Source: Girardia tigrina | Lineage: Eukaryota | Reading direction: 5' to 3' | Length of the DNA: 53,942 nt | Assembly (NCBI GenBank): GCA_001938485.1 | Contig: MQRK01241630.1 | Span: 23,707-77,648 of the forward strand | Shown: in pieces, positions 25,404 to 37,939 of the stretch | Numbering within the stretch: position 1 is the first letter of the stretch | Layout: every line of letters begins with the position of its first letter | Position numbers and translations under genes: made by a program | The notes under the pieces: generated by a model | The model's database searches: none | Seen by the model: only the letters and a program-made list of their open reading frames with translations | Told to the model about the DNA's origin: nothing

Positions 25404-25908
25404 TGAATGAATAATGTTATTTAGTGGTTTTGCTGGCTTTTTTGTAAAAAATTATAGGATCGGAAGAATGTCAAAATGCCACTAATAAATGATACATTTT
25501 AAAGTGTTCTTATCTTTTACTATTTTTTTAACTATAAACTAATTTGGAAAAAAACTGTTAACACTAGTTTAAAATCTGGAATTACTTATAAAGAGCAGTA
25601 TCACAGTTTTCTAACTTTCTATTGAAACCACTAGTCGAAACTCCTTCGACAATTCTTAAAAATACTTTAGTACATAGAAGTCCTTTTCGATTCATAAAAT
25701 AAAATTTTAATCTCAATTTCTCATTATTCGAATAACTTCTAAATTATTTTAAAGTTTCTTATATTATACATTCTGGATTTTATAAAATTATTTAAATCTT
25801 TGAATCTTAAATTCTATTCGAATACTTCGATTGTGAAAATTACAATCAAAATATTAATAATTAATTAACAATATTAACATTATTAATATATTAAATATTA
25901 ATAATGAT

Positions 25909-26492
25909 TGTTAGGTTCGTGATAATCCACAGGTGAAGAATCAGAATTTTACATTTTTAAAACTTTTATTTAATACAACAAAATAAAATTTTTAGACAAA
26001 TTTTAGGGAATAAGTTTCCCAGGAACACTTCATTTTTTCTCTCACAAATCATTTATACATAAAAATAATTAATTTTAAATATCGATAAATAATTTTATAT
26101 TTTAAGTTTACAAATATATTAATTCAAAATTTAATAAAGTTGTTATTTTAAATTATTTATTTCAAATTAAAAACCTATTTTTTATTTCTAACATTATTAA
26201 AGTCTTAGATTTTAAAATTTGTGATCAAACTATTTTATTTCAAATTTTATTACAAATATTTCATACCAAACTTATTAAGTTTATTTTATTATACAAAAGT
26301 CTTTTTTATCAAATTTAATTGCCCTTTTAATTTAAATTATTTTGTAATAAATTTCCATTTTTTAATTTAAAAATGTATATTAGCTTATTTTATTTTAATC
26401 GTAAAATTCTTATATTTTAATATATAATGTTCTTAAATTCAGTTTTTTAGATTTAATTCAAATATTTATGCTAGTTTCCCAAAATCCTTACA
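25909..26492. mobile_element. Canonical solo LTR (different family)
   Basis: TGTTAGG...CCTTACA termini with a perfect 5-bp TSD ATGAT. Confidence 0.85.
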
Positions 26493-27695
26493 ATGATTAA
26501 TACTATAGTGTTTTTTGAGCAAAAACATCCATTAATATTTTTTGGATCTCTCTCTAAATGACATTTTATCATTTAATCATAATTTTATTTCATCTAACAA
26601 TCTAAATCAAAAAATAAAATAAAAATAAATTAAATCTCTCTAATTTTTTGTTTAATTTATAAAATGTGAGATAAATTTTCAATTTATTTTCCCAGTGATT
26701 AACAAGCGCGGATTCTGTAAATCCTCAAGTATAAAAGAAGTTAATCATTCCCAATTTAAATTTTAACTGTCAACTAATTGGGAATCAGTAAAAATAATAT
26801 ATTTTAAACATTCTTTCATCAAAAAATAATTATCTCATAAACAATGATTTTAAGATAAAATAGAACTCAGTTTAATGAAAAGAAAATTTAAACGTTCCCC
26901 TGAGAGTTTTCTACATCTGCTTATTGACTCTAATGTCACTTCACCTAAATACTTTTTGATTAAGTTTTCATATAAGTTATTAACTTTAATCAACCAACTT
27001 AATATTTTTAATCCGTTATATATTACGGATATTGAAAAATAAAAAAACCACATTCCTGATCGGAATACTTATCGTTATCCTTGGATTATAGGCGAACACT
27101 GCTAGCTAGAGTCGCTCATTGGAGTGCATTACTCTCCCTCTCTCTTATTCCTACTGCTGGTGCATCTGCGGCAACCATTGCAGGAGCTACAGTCGCTGCA
27201 TTTTACGTGAGGGGTTTCAACAGGCCGATGTTGTGTTTGCACTATGTCAGTGCTTTCGCGGACCCATTGCATAATAATTATTCTTTCTGCGGACCGTGAA
27301 TTCCAATTGTGCGATTAAATCGCAACTGTCACCATCGAAAATCTGCGTGAAGTTGTCGAAGACGATCGATAGTGAATCGATATCGCGCGACGAACAGTTT
27401 CTATTGAATTTGTATTTGTCCGAAGACACCGAGCGATCATCATCGTCGCCAATCGAGCCGAAGAAAATCGTCACTGTGGGATGTTGGTCCGCATTGATCA
27501 GGAGTTCGGAGAACGCCCCACGAGCGAAACGGTCGACCGGCGACCAGTGAAACCGACTTTTATATCGGTTATTATTACCACCAGGATGGCTCTACTAACA
27601 GTGGAGTGTTTATCGAGGACTTAGATTTTAAATTAAGACTCAAAATTCAACGTTTAAAATTAAAATATATTTAAAGTTTAAATTAATGGTAATTA

Positions 27696-28220
27696 AAATG
27701 ATATTGAATTTTGTTTGAATATTCAAAAATTTGGTGTTGATTCATGTATTAAAATTAACCGCACAGCATCTTATACTTCGAAAGTCTTCGAGAAAATCTA
27801 AGTTAGCCACTGAAGCATTCTATGTGATCTCCTAAAAAAACATAAAAAGTATTATCGTGATGGTGACGTTTTCGTGATGGAAGTTTTCCTTGAGAGCAGT
27901 GAAAAATTATTTAACAAATTATTTAACAACAAAATAAAAACAAAATTCTTAATTAAAGATTTTCAACTTTCTTGTCGAACTATTTGTCGAACTCGACGTA
28001 ATGAAGATATGAGTGGTAATGTAACTCAACAATTGGAAGATCACATACAAAACTGCAGCTTCTTTTCATTACAGTTGGACGAATGTCATTGATACTGCAT
28101 GATTAATTATGTTTATAAGAATTATATTCTCCGATATTTCGGCAAAAGAGGAATTTTTACCAATTCTTCCGATGAAAGGTACGACGCGAGAAGAAGAAAT
28201 TTTCACAACATTTATTACAT
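27696..28220 (+). mobile_element. hAT (SPIN/Charlie/GTF2IRD2-like) transposase remnant
   Basis: IKDFQLS..TI..RRNEDMS, FSLQLDE and KEEFL.ILPMKGTTR motifs across frameshifts. Confidence 0.75.
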
Positions 28221-29678
28221 TTACATTATAATAAAATTAATAAACATACTGTGTTATGTTTCCTCATTTCTGAAAGAGTCAATCGCAGCTAGATATTAAA
28301 CATTTTAGTCGATCGTACAACGTTTAAGTATGCCCATCCCTGAGTTAGAGGAAGAGGGTAATTGCTTTATATCTGTTGAAAACTGCTCATCGGTTGATGA
28401 AGTATAAGGTATATGATATATATAAGGTATATAGGTAGGCGGAAATGATCTCCAAATTTAGTGATGCCGTGTAAGGTCACTTGTAAAACCCCCAGTAAAA
28501 TCCATCACCTGTGAATATAAGGACAAAACAAGTACTTTTTCAGAAAGAGAAAGAAATTTATCAATCGAGAATGATGACTAACGTAAAATGTGAAACTAAG
28601 GATTGTTGTTATAACAATTCGAGTTGTGTTGCTTATTCTCTACCATTACTAGTGCTGCTCTTACTGCACATCTGTTTTTTTGCCACGCAGGATTATTAAG
28701 CGGAATGATTGTATTAGTAATATATACAATATAATTTACTTAAAATTCGTTTTGAAACAAAATCATTATACATGTTTCGATATTTTATGCATCATTTATC
28801 ATCAATTTCCAATTGTTTCAATAAAATTACAAAATAAAAATAATAATAGTAAAGTAAAAATATTAAATGATACTTTTTCGAAGTATTATTATATATTTTA
28901 ATGTTACTTTTTATTTGATTAAAGATTTAACCAATTCTGAAGGTTACTTAATGGATAGGTTACTCCGGATCCGATGGCGGAATTGATTGAGTTTTCTCTT
29001 TTGTCTTCATCAAGTCATTGACTTATTATATAATTCACCTATTGTAGTGACCCCCAAAAATCAGCTTATTCAAATATTTATAAAAATATTTTTATATATA
29101 ATAAAAACATTATATATCTATTTATAACTAAGTATTTTAGATAAAAAAAATCAAGATTAAAATTGTTTTAATTAACTAATCAATGTAGATTTTTCTCAAC
29201 AAAATTCAAAAAAGCAATGTATTAAAAAAACTTTCTCATTTTCAAATTTGCGACTTTTCAATTCTCTCTTTTTCGATTTCCACAAAAACAAATCAGATTT
29301 CATCGCTCATTTTCCAATAGACAAAATATTTTTCTTATTCAATCGCAAAATTAATTAATTCGAAAATCGTGACAACTTTGCACAATGAAACCATTATATC
29401 ATCATATGATTCGTTGAAATAAAAATCAAATTTTGGTTTACAATTATGATGATCAAAATTGTAAACTAAAAAATCAATTGACGTAGACGATCGGAGTGAA
29501 ACACGATTTATGCAGTTTCGACATTGTCAATCACGACCGAGACATCTTTGCTTATGCCATGTCTTCGGAGACCTCTGAACAATTTGGGGGTTTGGCGTTC
29601 CAGTGGACTCGATTGGTTTCAGGTCACCTTGGGCCAGGTGGCGGCCACGATACCCATGTCAAAACGCAACCCATTAAC

Positions 29679-29897
29679 GTTAAAAATTTTTCACTGCTAT
29701 CAAGGAAAGCTTCCATCACGAAAACTTCACCATCACGATAATACTTTTTTTGTTTTTTCAGGAGATCACATAGAATACTTCAGTGGCTAACTTAGATTGT
29801 CTCGAAGACTTTCGAAGTATAAGATGCTGTGCGGTTAATTTTAATACATGAATCAACACCAAATTTTTGAATATTCAAACAAAATTCAATATCATTT
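29679..29897 (-). repeat. Inverted duplicate of 27696-27915 (hAT transposase piece)
   Basis: ~220-bp near-identical reverse complement. Confidence 0.9.
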
Positions 29898-30124
29898 ACT
29901 ATGTGGTTGATCAATATTCAGTATAGAGTCCATGGGACTGGGATCTTTCTGCAATTTGATCTCGTTTAGTCTGCAGATACCTCGGTACCTGTCATCTATG
30001 TGGAATGGCATATTTGACTATCGAAATTGAGCATGCAAACTTTTAAAAATCGTTTACTAATTTAATTATTATTCTGATTACAATTACGTAATTTTTTAAT
30101 TATTAGAATCACAAAAATGTTAAA

Positions 30125-30665
30125 TTTATTCTTTCATTCTTTTTGACCATAGCCGTTGGACCGTGGGTACACCCAATTATAAACAAGCCTTTGCCACATC
30201 TTTCTATTTGTAGTTTCCTTTCTCAGACATGCCATACTCAGTCCAGTCCATTCTTTTAAATCGTCCATCCATTGCCTATTTGGTCTTCCTCTTGGTCTTT
30301 CTCCTTCCACTCTTCCCTCAATCATAACCTTTGCTAATGCTTGTTTTCTTATTTGATGACCGTAGAATTTCAGCTTTCTTCTCTTGATGATCTCTTCTAT
30401 TGATTCCGGTCTTTTACCTAGTATTTCTGTCACTCTCCTCCAAACAAAGTCATTTGTCTTCTTTTCTTTCCACGTGATCTTCAGCATTCTCCTGTAGCAC
30501 TTCATTTCAAACACCTTAAGTCTATCCATACTCTTCTGATTTATTGTCCAACTCTCGCATCCATAGAGGAGTGTTGCCCAGACAATAGCTTTAGTGATCT
30601 TTAATCTGCTCTTGAGATGGATTTCTTTGACATTAAAAAATGTGCTAAGTTTAATCATTGCGCTT
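30125..30665 (-). mobile_element. 5'-truncated RTE-clade LINE (ORF C-terminus)
   Basis: LLYGCESWT, FEMKCYRRMLKITW, RKLKFYGH, EGRVEGERPRGRP..QWMDDLKEWTG. Confidence 0.85.
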
Positions 30666-31315
30666 GTTTATATACCAAAATTTATTAAATTTATTAATAA
30701 TTAAAAATTTTATTTTTCCACCCAAACATCATTTTTTTACGAATTTCATCGGTTGAATTAATTTTTAACTTGAAATAATTTTTATTAATATTTAAATTTA
30801 GATTAATTTTCTTTAAATTTCTAAACATTTACTATGGTACTTTTAATGATTTAAATAGTACTTTTATATTATTATATTATATTATCAGTTATTATAATTA
30901 TTTAATACTGTTAATTAAAGTTTTAATTTTGTCTGCCAAAAGTTTTCAGTCTAACAAGTTTTAAGAATAGACAAAAATCTAAAAGAATGAATGAGGATTT
31001 TTTATTTGACAATTTCCAACTAATTCATTATTTTTTTGGTTTAAATTATTTATGCGAATATTCAGTTTTGTTTTAAAACGCGTTTCATTTGTCTTTTCCG
31101 CCGAACATATAAATTATAAATCCAACAGCAGTAAAAATATTGTTAATTTAGTATTTTTTTCAAAAATTCATCATTAATTCATTTCTGTAGGCAAAGTCAC
31201 CAAAATATTGATATATTTTCAACTAAATTAAAAGAATATAAATAAATAATTTTATTTTTCTACTAATTTAGAATATATTTTATAAGTATTATTTACAAAA
31301 AATTGAATAAATAAA

Positions 31316-31771
31316 TTATATATATACACATTGTAAAGTAAAATCTATATAATAGGGATAAAAATAAGACGACGCATTTCGAGATAATAATAATCCCATC
31401 ATCAGGTCACAAAATGTACCAAGCAAGTACACTATATGGAAACTTGCCGAAAATAAATAAAATTTATCCAATAAATTATTGGATGAAAATAACTTTACTT
31501 CACTTTTCCTTAAAACTAAGAGAAATGCACTAAATGCAATCAATCTCATTCTCGCAAACCAACCATTGGCAGCTATCAATTGCCATTTGAGAAAACGATA
31601 TGTTTTCTCTATCGTTCCGTACTTTACAAGGTAACGGAGACATATGATAAAGATGACAACTAACAGCACACTAACAGTTAATCCTTGAGATGAAACTTTT
31701 GTAATGAAAAGTGTATCCGTGTATTTTAACTTGTGACTGATTTTTTTTACGAATTTACTATCGAGATATTT
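31316..31771 (-). other. Exon-like open frame encoding hydrophobic segments, unidentified
   Basis: TTTTAG acceptor-like site adjacent to 31771 opens a ~150-codon frame (KYLDSKFVKK...VLLVVIFIICLRYL...). No family recognised. Confidence 0.3.
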
Positions 31772-33738
31772 CTAAAATAAATCAAAAACTTTATGGCTGT
31801 CACAGCTAATCTAATATTTTCATTTCCATGCCACAGATGTAAATGCTTGTACATTGGAGAAAATAATCGCCATCTCCACAATAAAAAAGCCGAAGGTACC
31901 TGTTTTGGGGCTTTCTCGAGTGCCCCAGATGATTATGGTGCAGGGTCCATATTTTTGGTATTTTAAAATCAGAGATATTTGTTCAGCTCATTCGTTATAA
32001 AGAAAACACTCCACAGTCTCAAGGTTCGAAAATATAACTTTCAAATCGCAAAAAATTAACAATTGGTTTAAAATCAATTAACGAATTTAAATTAAGAAAA
32101 AACAATTATCACTCTCAAATCAGCTTCTCAATCGACAAAATAATCTCAAATAATTCAGTTTTCTATATCAGTCAAAAATTCGTCTCTTCACGATTTTTTC
32201 AGTCAAAATTTTCAAAACTGTCACTCAAAACTATTTACAATCACAAACCAATTCTTGAAAGTTCGAATCGTGAAATAAAACAAATTTTCAACTCAAGAAA
32301 AGTCGCCACAAATATCACACTAAAAATTCATAGAAACAAAAAATTGAATCTAATAAAAGAAATCATCAATTCATTCTCTCTATAAAACTCGCTCTGGTTG
32401 GTCAGCCAATCAAATTAGCCCAAAATTGACTAATACTCTTCCAAGCACGATGACTTGGGTTTGAATTCAAACTAAAAAATAATAATTTTCTGTTTTTTAA
32501 TTAGTAATAATTTTTAATTTAATTTTTCTTTATAATTAATTAAATATTACTATTTATAACTAAAAAACAATCAAGCAATAATTCAGTTTTGAAAATAATA
32601 TTTATTAAATTGTTTTAAAATTAAAGATTACTCTAATTAGGAAAAGTGAAAATAAGTTTAATAGACAATTTTTTATAAATTATTAATGAAATCGTTGAAT
32701 ATGTCTATAAATTATTTATTATTATTAATGAACAATGATGGAGTCATATTTGTCATTTATGTTTGTCGTTTTAGACAGAGAGGAGATGCTGGTCTCACCG
32801 TTTAGGTATCGGTGACATCATGATTCAAAGAAGAAAACATTTATTATTTAAAAACTTTTTGGATTTTAAGGATTCAGAAATAAAATCAATGGATGTTTAT
32901 AATATTTGTATGAAGAATAAGTAGACAAAAGAAGTGATCTTATTCTTTTTATAAAAAAACTGTTTCTAAAGTTATATATATATATATAATATAATAAACA
33001 CTTTACAATAATGAAATTTTCAAATGCACCCCGCTGGACATTTTGCCATGAGGGAGTCTAAGGTGTTACAAAAATCCAAACTGTTTTCGAAAGTAGTGAA
33101 AATATTAAATTTCAGAATTTTCGGTCAATAAAATCAAAAGTTATTATTTTTAAAATTAAATTAATAATTATAAAATAATTAAAAACAATAATTAAGTTTA
33201 ATTCAAGAATAATTTTATTTATAATTTTTCATACTTTTAATTATGAAACATATTATGTATGGGTACGAAGAAAACATTTCGTTCTCATTTTACAAGAGAT
33301 TTATGGTCTCAAATTTAGACAAAGAACTCTATGTTGGATTCGAATTTTATTCAAAATTATATTTTTTAAAATATTATTTTTCCTTTTATTAAATTAATTT
33401 AAGAATAGCAACATATACAAACATAAATCTAACTCAAAATTCGGAAACAATCAGTAATCATTGTTAAGGGGAATCGCAACTTTAGTAAAATATACAAAAT
33501 ACAACATTCGAAAATATTCCTTATAAGCATAAATTGTTAAATTTTATAATTAATCTTCATTGAAAGAGAAGCCTTCAACCAAGGAAAGTTTATAGACCGT
33601 ACCTTCCATTTGTCTGTTTTCGTACTTGTTTGGAAAGATTTCAAAATTAATAAGGTCTCTTATATCCATAGCATTTACGGAAGACAGATGAACAAAACCC
33701 TTTGGAATATATCAGTTGTATTATAAAATGCCTGAGAG

Positions 33739-35186
33739 TGAGGGTTCCAATCCCGGGATTTCGGGATTACATTTTTTCCAATCCCCGAAAAAATTTTATA
33801 ATAAAAAAACGAACAAATAATATAAAAATATTCAATCGAACAATAATAAATTTATTATAAAATAATAAATCGAATAAATAAAATTTATTTGCGACACAAA
33901 AATCATAATCTCAAAAGATTTAGGCGTTGAAAAGATAATTTTTCAAGATTGTTATCATTGAAATTGCAGCGGATCTTATTGCATAGGTATCCAGTGGAAA
34001 GAAGACTCTTTCCGATTCCTCAGATGGAGGAGGAATTATCAGTAAATATTTATATACACTCTCTAAATGGGGCCCTCGTTTGCCTGACTGGACAGCAATA
34101 TTAATCTCATACTTAATCAAACTTGAATAGGATGCGGCAATGTTGTAGGTATTGTAATTGAATTTGAAAAGACAGATGCAATAACTTTTTGTAGTAGGTA
34201 CTCCGTTATAAGATCGTCATTCTATTGTGATGACTCATTTCGTTCTTTTAAACTCCGAGAAGTGTGAGTATTCACTTCCAAACTTTGTACTTCACTATTT
34301 TCTTCTTGTTTCAATGGTTTAAGACGCATCAGTAATTTTATCCAAAAATATTTTAACCAACTTCTTTTTTATTAAATGTGCTTCCTTGTTGTGCAGATAT
34401 ATTCGCTTGTGAAGAGATTCGAGAAGCTCTTCGGTAATAAAAAGAGATTGTACCTGCAGCTCAAGTTGTAGAAAATTTATTGTGGCTTCTGCAGTCAAAG
34501 GCGTAGCGTTGCTTCTGCCGATAGCTGTCACATCTATCTGAAATAGTTTTAGTGCAGAAACGATTTTCTTCATAATTTAAAAATCTTCATCAGTCAAACG
34601 GACGATCGCATTCAAATCAATCACAGCTTTTCGAACAGGTGACTTTACAATTACCAGTCTCTCCAACGTGTTAACTAAATTATGCCAACGTGTTCTCCAG
34701 TCTAGAATCAGAGACATATTGCCGGTCATGTTATCTCTTTTCGAATGTAATTAAGTACTCGTACTTTTGCGGTGATTGTTTGAATAATTTTTTAATTTTT
34801 TTATGCCAAAATTTTTTTTAATTTTAAAAACATGCTTTATTATTTGAAAAGTAATTTTTTTAATAAAAAAATTTTTTTATTTTTTATTTTAAAAATATTA
34901 CTTTTAATTTTTGCTAAGCTACATGCTTATAACCAGAAAATACTTAAAACCCTTTTTTGTTATAAGCTAGTAGCTTAGTAAGAATTAAAAATATTTATTT
35001 AGCGTTTTTTGGTAAAAAAAATTTTTTAATCTTACTAAGATATATAGTAATTTTTAAAAGTAATTTTTCATAAAAAAATTTGTGAAAACCATATTAAAGA
35101 AACCAGTAATCCCGGGATTTATGGTCAATAATCCCGGGATTTCTGGACACCCATTTGGGTCCGGGATCCCGGGATTGGAACTCCTA
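33739..35186 (-). mobile_element. Internally deleted hAT transposon
   Basis: Imperfect TIRs GGGTTCCAATCCCGGGAT / ATCCCGGGATTGGAACTCC with repeated ATCCCGGGAT subterminal motifs; LDWRTRW and PP.SEESERVF remnants; degenerate 8-bp flanks CCTGAGAG/ACTGTGAA. Confidence 0.8.
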
Positions 35187-35611
35187 ACTGTGAAGTATAA
35201 TATTTAAAATGTACTTATTAAAAATAAATGTACAATTAATGCATTTGATAAATAAACTTTTAGTAATTTATTTTTCGATTTAGTTCCACTCGAAGCCAGA
35301 ATTACAATAATCATTAAATTTAAAATTTCATTAAGGAAAATACCGTTTTTACATAAAAATATTGAATAATTAAAAACATTATCCACAAGAAATGATTGAA
35401 AAAACTTTTTCTTTTGTATCTTTGACTGAAAACTTTTTAAGGACTTCCTGCTTTTTGTAAAAAGTGACATCAAATCAATATTGTCTCATGGGATTAACTA
35501 TTAGAAAAGATTCAACCTTGTCTCAATACATGGGTACAACGATGTAAGTTCATAAAATTATTTTTTACACAATATAGTTTTTCTTAATTTTTATTTAAAA
35601 TTAGTTGTGAC

Positions 35612-36012
35612 TGTGAGGAATATTTTCGAATGGTGTTTATTGTATGTTGTGCTTGGTATGCTGTTTTAAGGATTAAGTTCCTCCCACCCAGATGGAAAAT
35701 TGATATTTTGAATTTTTGGACGGTCAAATTATTCAGACAATTTCTAAATGTCAATAACAACTTTAAATTAAATTAATATATATTAATTAATAAATATATA
35801 ATAATATTTTAATAAAAATATTTAAAATATATTTGACAGTGATTATAATTATTTTTATAGTGGATTGTAACGAAAAAATTTATTTAATCATAAATAATAT
35901 ATTTAAAATGAATTAAAATATTTTTTTAAATAATTTTAAATTATTTTAGTAAGGAATTTTTAATTTAAATTTGTTCGCATAATTAAAGGTTAAGAAAGAG
36001 AATTAAGAATTA
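35612..36012 (+). mobile_element. TGTGAGG-family LTR-like element cut by the Chapaev3 insertion
   Basis: TGTGAGGAATATTTTCGAATGGTG start and CTCCCACCCAGATGG motif. Confidence 0.7.
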
Positions 36013-36263
36013 CACTGAATAACACAATTTTTGCGTTCGTAAAATAACTATTATTTTCTGTCAACTTATATGTCCAAATGATTGAAAATAACATTCATTT
36101 CGAAAAAAGTGTGTTTTTGTAGTCATTACATTGATAGTTCAGAACAGATATTATATATATATAATATTATATATATGCAGATTTATATCATGCAGATTTA
36201 CAATCTTGTCCATGAAATATATAAGTATATAAGACTGACGATTGTAGACTAAGTCACTGTAAT

Positions 36264-37229
36264 TGTGAGGAATGTTTGGAATTGTGTGTTGATATTGTGC
36301 ATGTTTTATGTTGATTTGGATTGTGCCTCTCCTACACAGATGGATGATTGGTATTTTCTTTGATTCCTACTAATTAAAAATAATTTAATTTAATTTTAAA
36401 GTAAAAAGATTTAAAATTGTGAGAAGTGGTTGCAACCTCAATATCAATACCTCAATAATTAATCTATTAAATTCTTTTCGATTTAATTTTTAAAATCCTG
36501 AAAATTTATTTCAAAAATTATTTAAACTTTATTTTCAAAATTTATTTCAAAGTTTTTCTAAAATTGCTTATTAAANNNNNNNNNNNNNNNNNNNNNNNNN
36601 NNNNNNNNNNNNNNNNNNNNNNNNNAAATCCTGAAAATTTATTTCAAAAATTATTTAAACTTTATTTTCAAAATTTATTTCAAAGTTTTTCTAAAATTGC
36701 TTATTAAAAATATTTTTATTTATAAATAAATATTTAATATTTTTTGTTTTCTTGACATTTTTAATTTTAAGATATTTAATAGATACATTAAAAGATTTTT
36801 TTTATTTTTAAATAGATATTTTATTTTTTATGATTTTCTTTTATTATATCATTTTTAATTTTAAAATATTGAATAAGCATATTGACATAAAAATATTTTA
36901 CCCTTTAAATTAAAAAAAAAATAAATTATTCAGGCGAGATAATATTTTAAATTAACCCCTCATAAAAATAATTTGTGAATGTATTATTTATTTTTTGATG
37001 TAATTTAAAGTTTTAATATAATAATTTAATATGTTCTTTTTTAAAAAATGTTTAGATTTAATTTTAACCAATTAGATTCTTTATAATTAATAATTTTTAT
37101 TAACAGATTTTCATTTATTGAAAATAATTAGTATGAACTCAAAAATATATCGATCAAGAAAAATGTCAAATAGTGAATGCGCTTGTGATATTAATAAATG
37201 TTATAAAACTCATATTGATGTTGTTAATA
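36264..37229 (+). mobile_element. Solo LTR-like element, TGTGAGG family, nested in Chapaev3
   Basis: TGTGAGG ... GTTGTTAATA; splits the transposase C-terminus (GLVR | SDLVYNRQS). Degenerate TSD GTAAT/GAAAC; contains an assembly gap. Confidence 0.75.
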
Positions 37230-37440
37230 GAAACGAACAAGACCCCAGATATAGTCACCCATCATATTCTCGTTGTACTGTCCTTGATAACGACCCTCGG
37301 TTTACTTGAGATCTTGGTGGAACCTTTTGCCTTGCCCAGCTGTCTCAAAGACAAAGATAGCATGAAACTTGGTAAAACCCCCTCGAAGACCCATTAGGAA
37401 CGCTACCATTTTAAAATTACTAATGACCTCCCAACGTACT

Positions 37441-37939
37441 TATTAAGAATATTTAGACAAGTCGCGTTTGAACCTTTATTACAATCACATTTAGAGTCAT
37501 TATGGCTCTCAGAAAGTCTTTCATCGTTTGTCATCATTCTAATTTGTTTTCTTATTTTTTATTTTTTAATCTTGATTATTCGAACAATTTTACTAAGTCA
37601 TTTTTTTAAATATATTAATTAATATTAATTAAAAATAATAAATTTTACCATTTCTCAATAAATCCAAAAATAATAAAAATATCATCAAATAATTAAAAAT
37701 ACATTTAATTTAAATTTTACCAAAAAATATTAAACTTAATTTTAATTCTTAAATTAAAAATATGAACTTATAAAATGATTATTTTAATTATGTTCGAATA
37801 GTCAATCACTTTAAATTTAAATAAAAAAATACCAATTTCCATCTGGTTGGGAGAATCACCATTCTAAATGCAACATACTTAAATCAACATACAGCATCCA
37901 TACATTTACACATTCAAACAATATAAAATATTCCTCACA
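37441..37939 (-). mobile_element. Solo LTR-like element, TGTGAGG family, nested in Chapaev3
   Basis: TGTGAGGAATAT ... CTTAATA on minus; perfect 5-bp TSD GTACT (37436-37440, 37940-37944); transposase sequence resumes on both sides. Confidence 0.88.

Noticed and set aside
35442-35543. AG...GTAAGT-bounded candidate exon
   Set aside because: Stop codons in all three frames.
36495-36706. ~80-bp direct repeat flanking an N gap
   Set aside because: Identical sequence on both sides of a gap is a typical unmerged contig overlap.
1288-37540. Apparent family of small Cys-rich peptides (C-x6-C-x2-NKC) in ORFs at 1476(-), 11510(+), 22185(-), 25319(+), 37162(+) and ~37535(-)
   Set aside because: All lie in the last ~100 nt of TGTGAGG-family copies. 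The conserved NK is the AATAAA poly(A) signal and the frames run into unrelated flanks, so this is LTR-end conservation rather than coding.
36264-37939. Single TIR element formed by two facing TGTGAGG ends
   Set aside because: The right copy has its own perfect GTACT TSD and Chapaev3 coding sequence lies between the two, so they are independent insertions.
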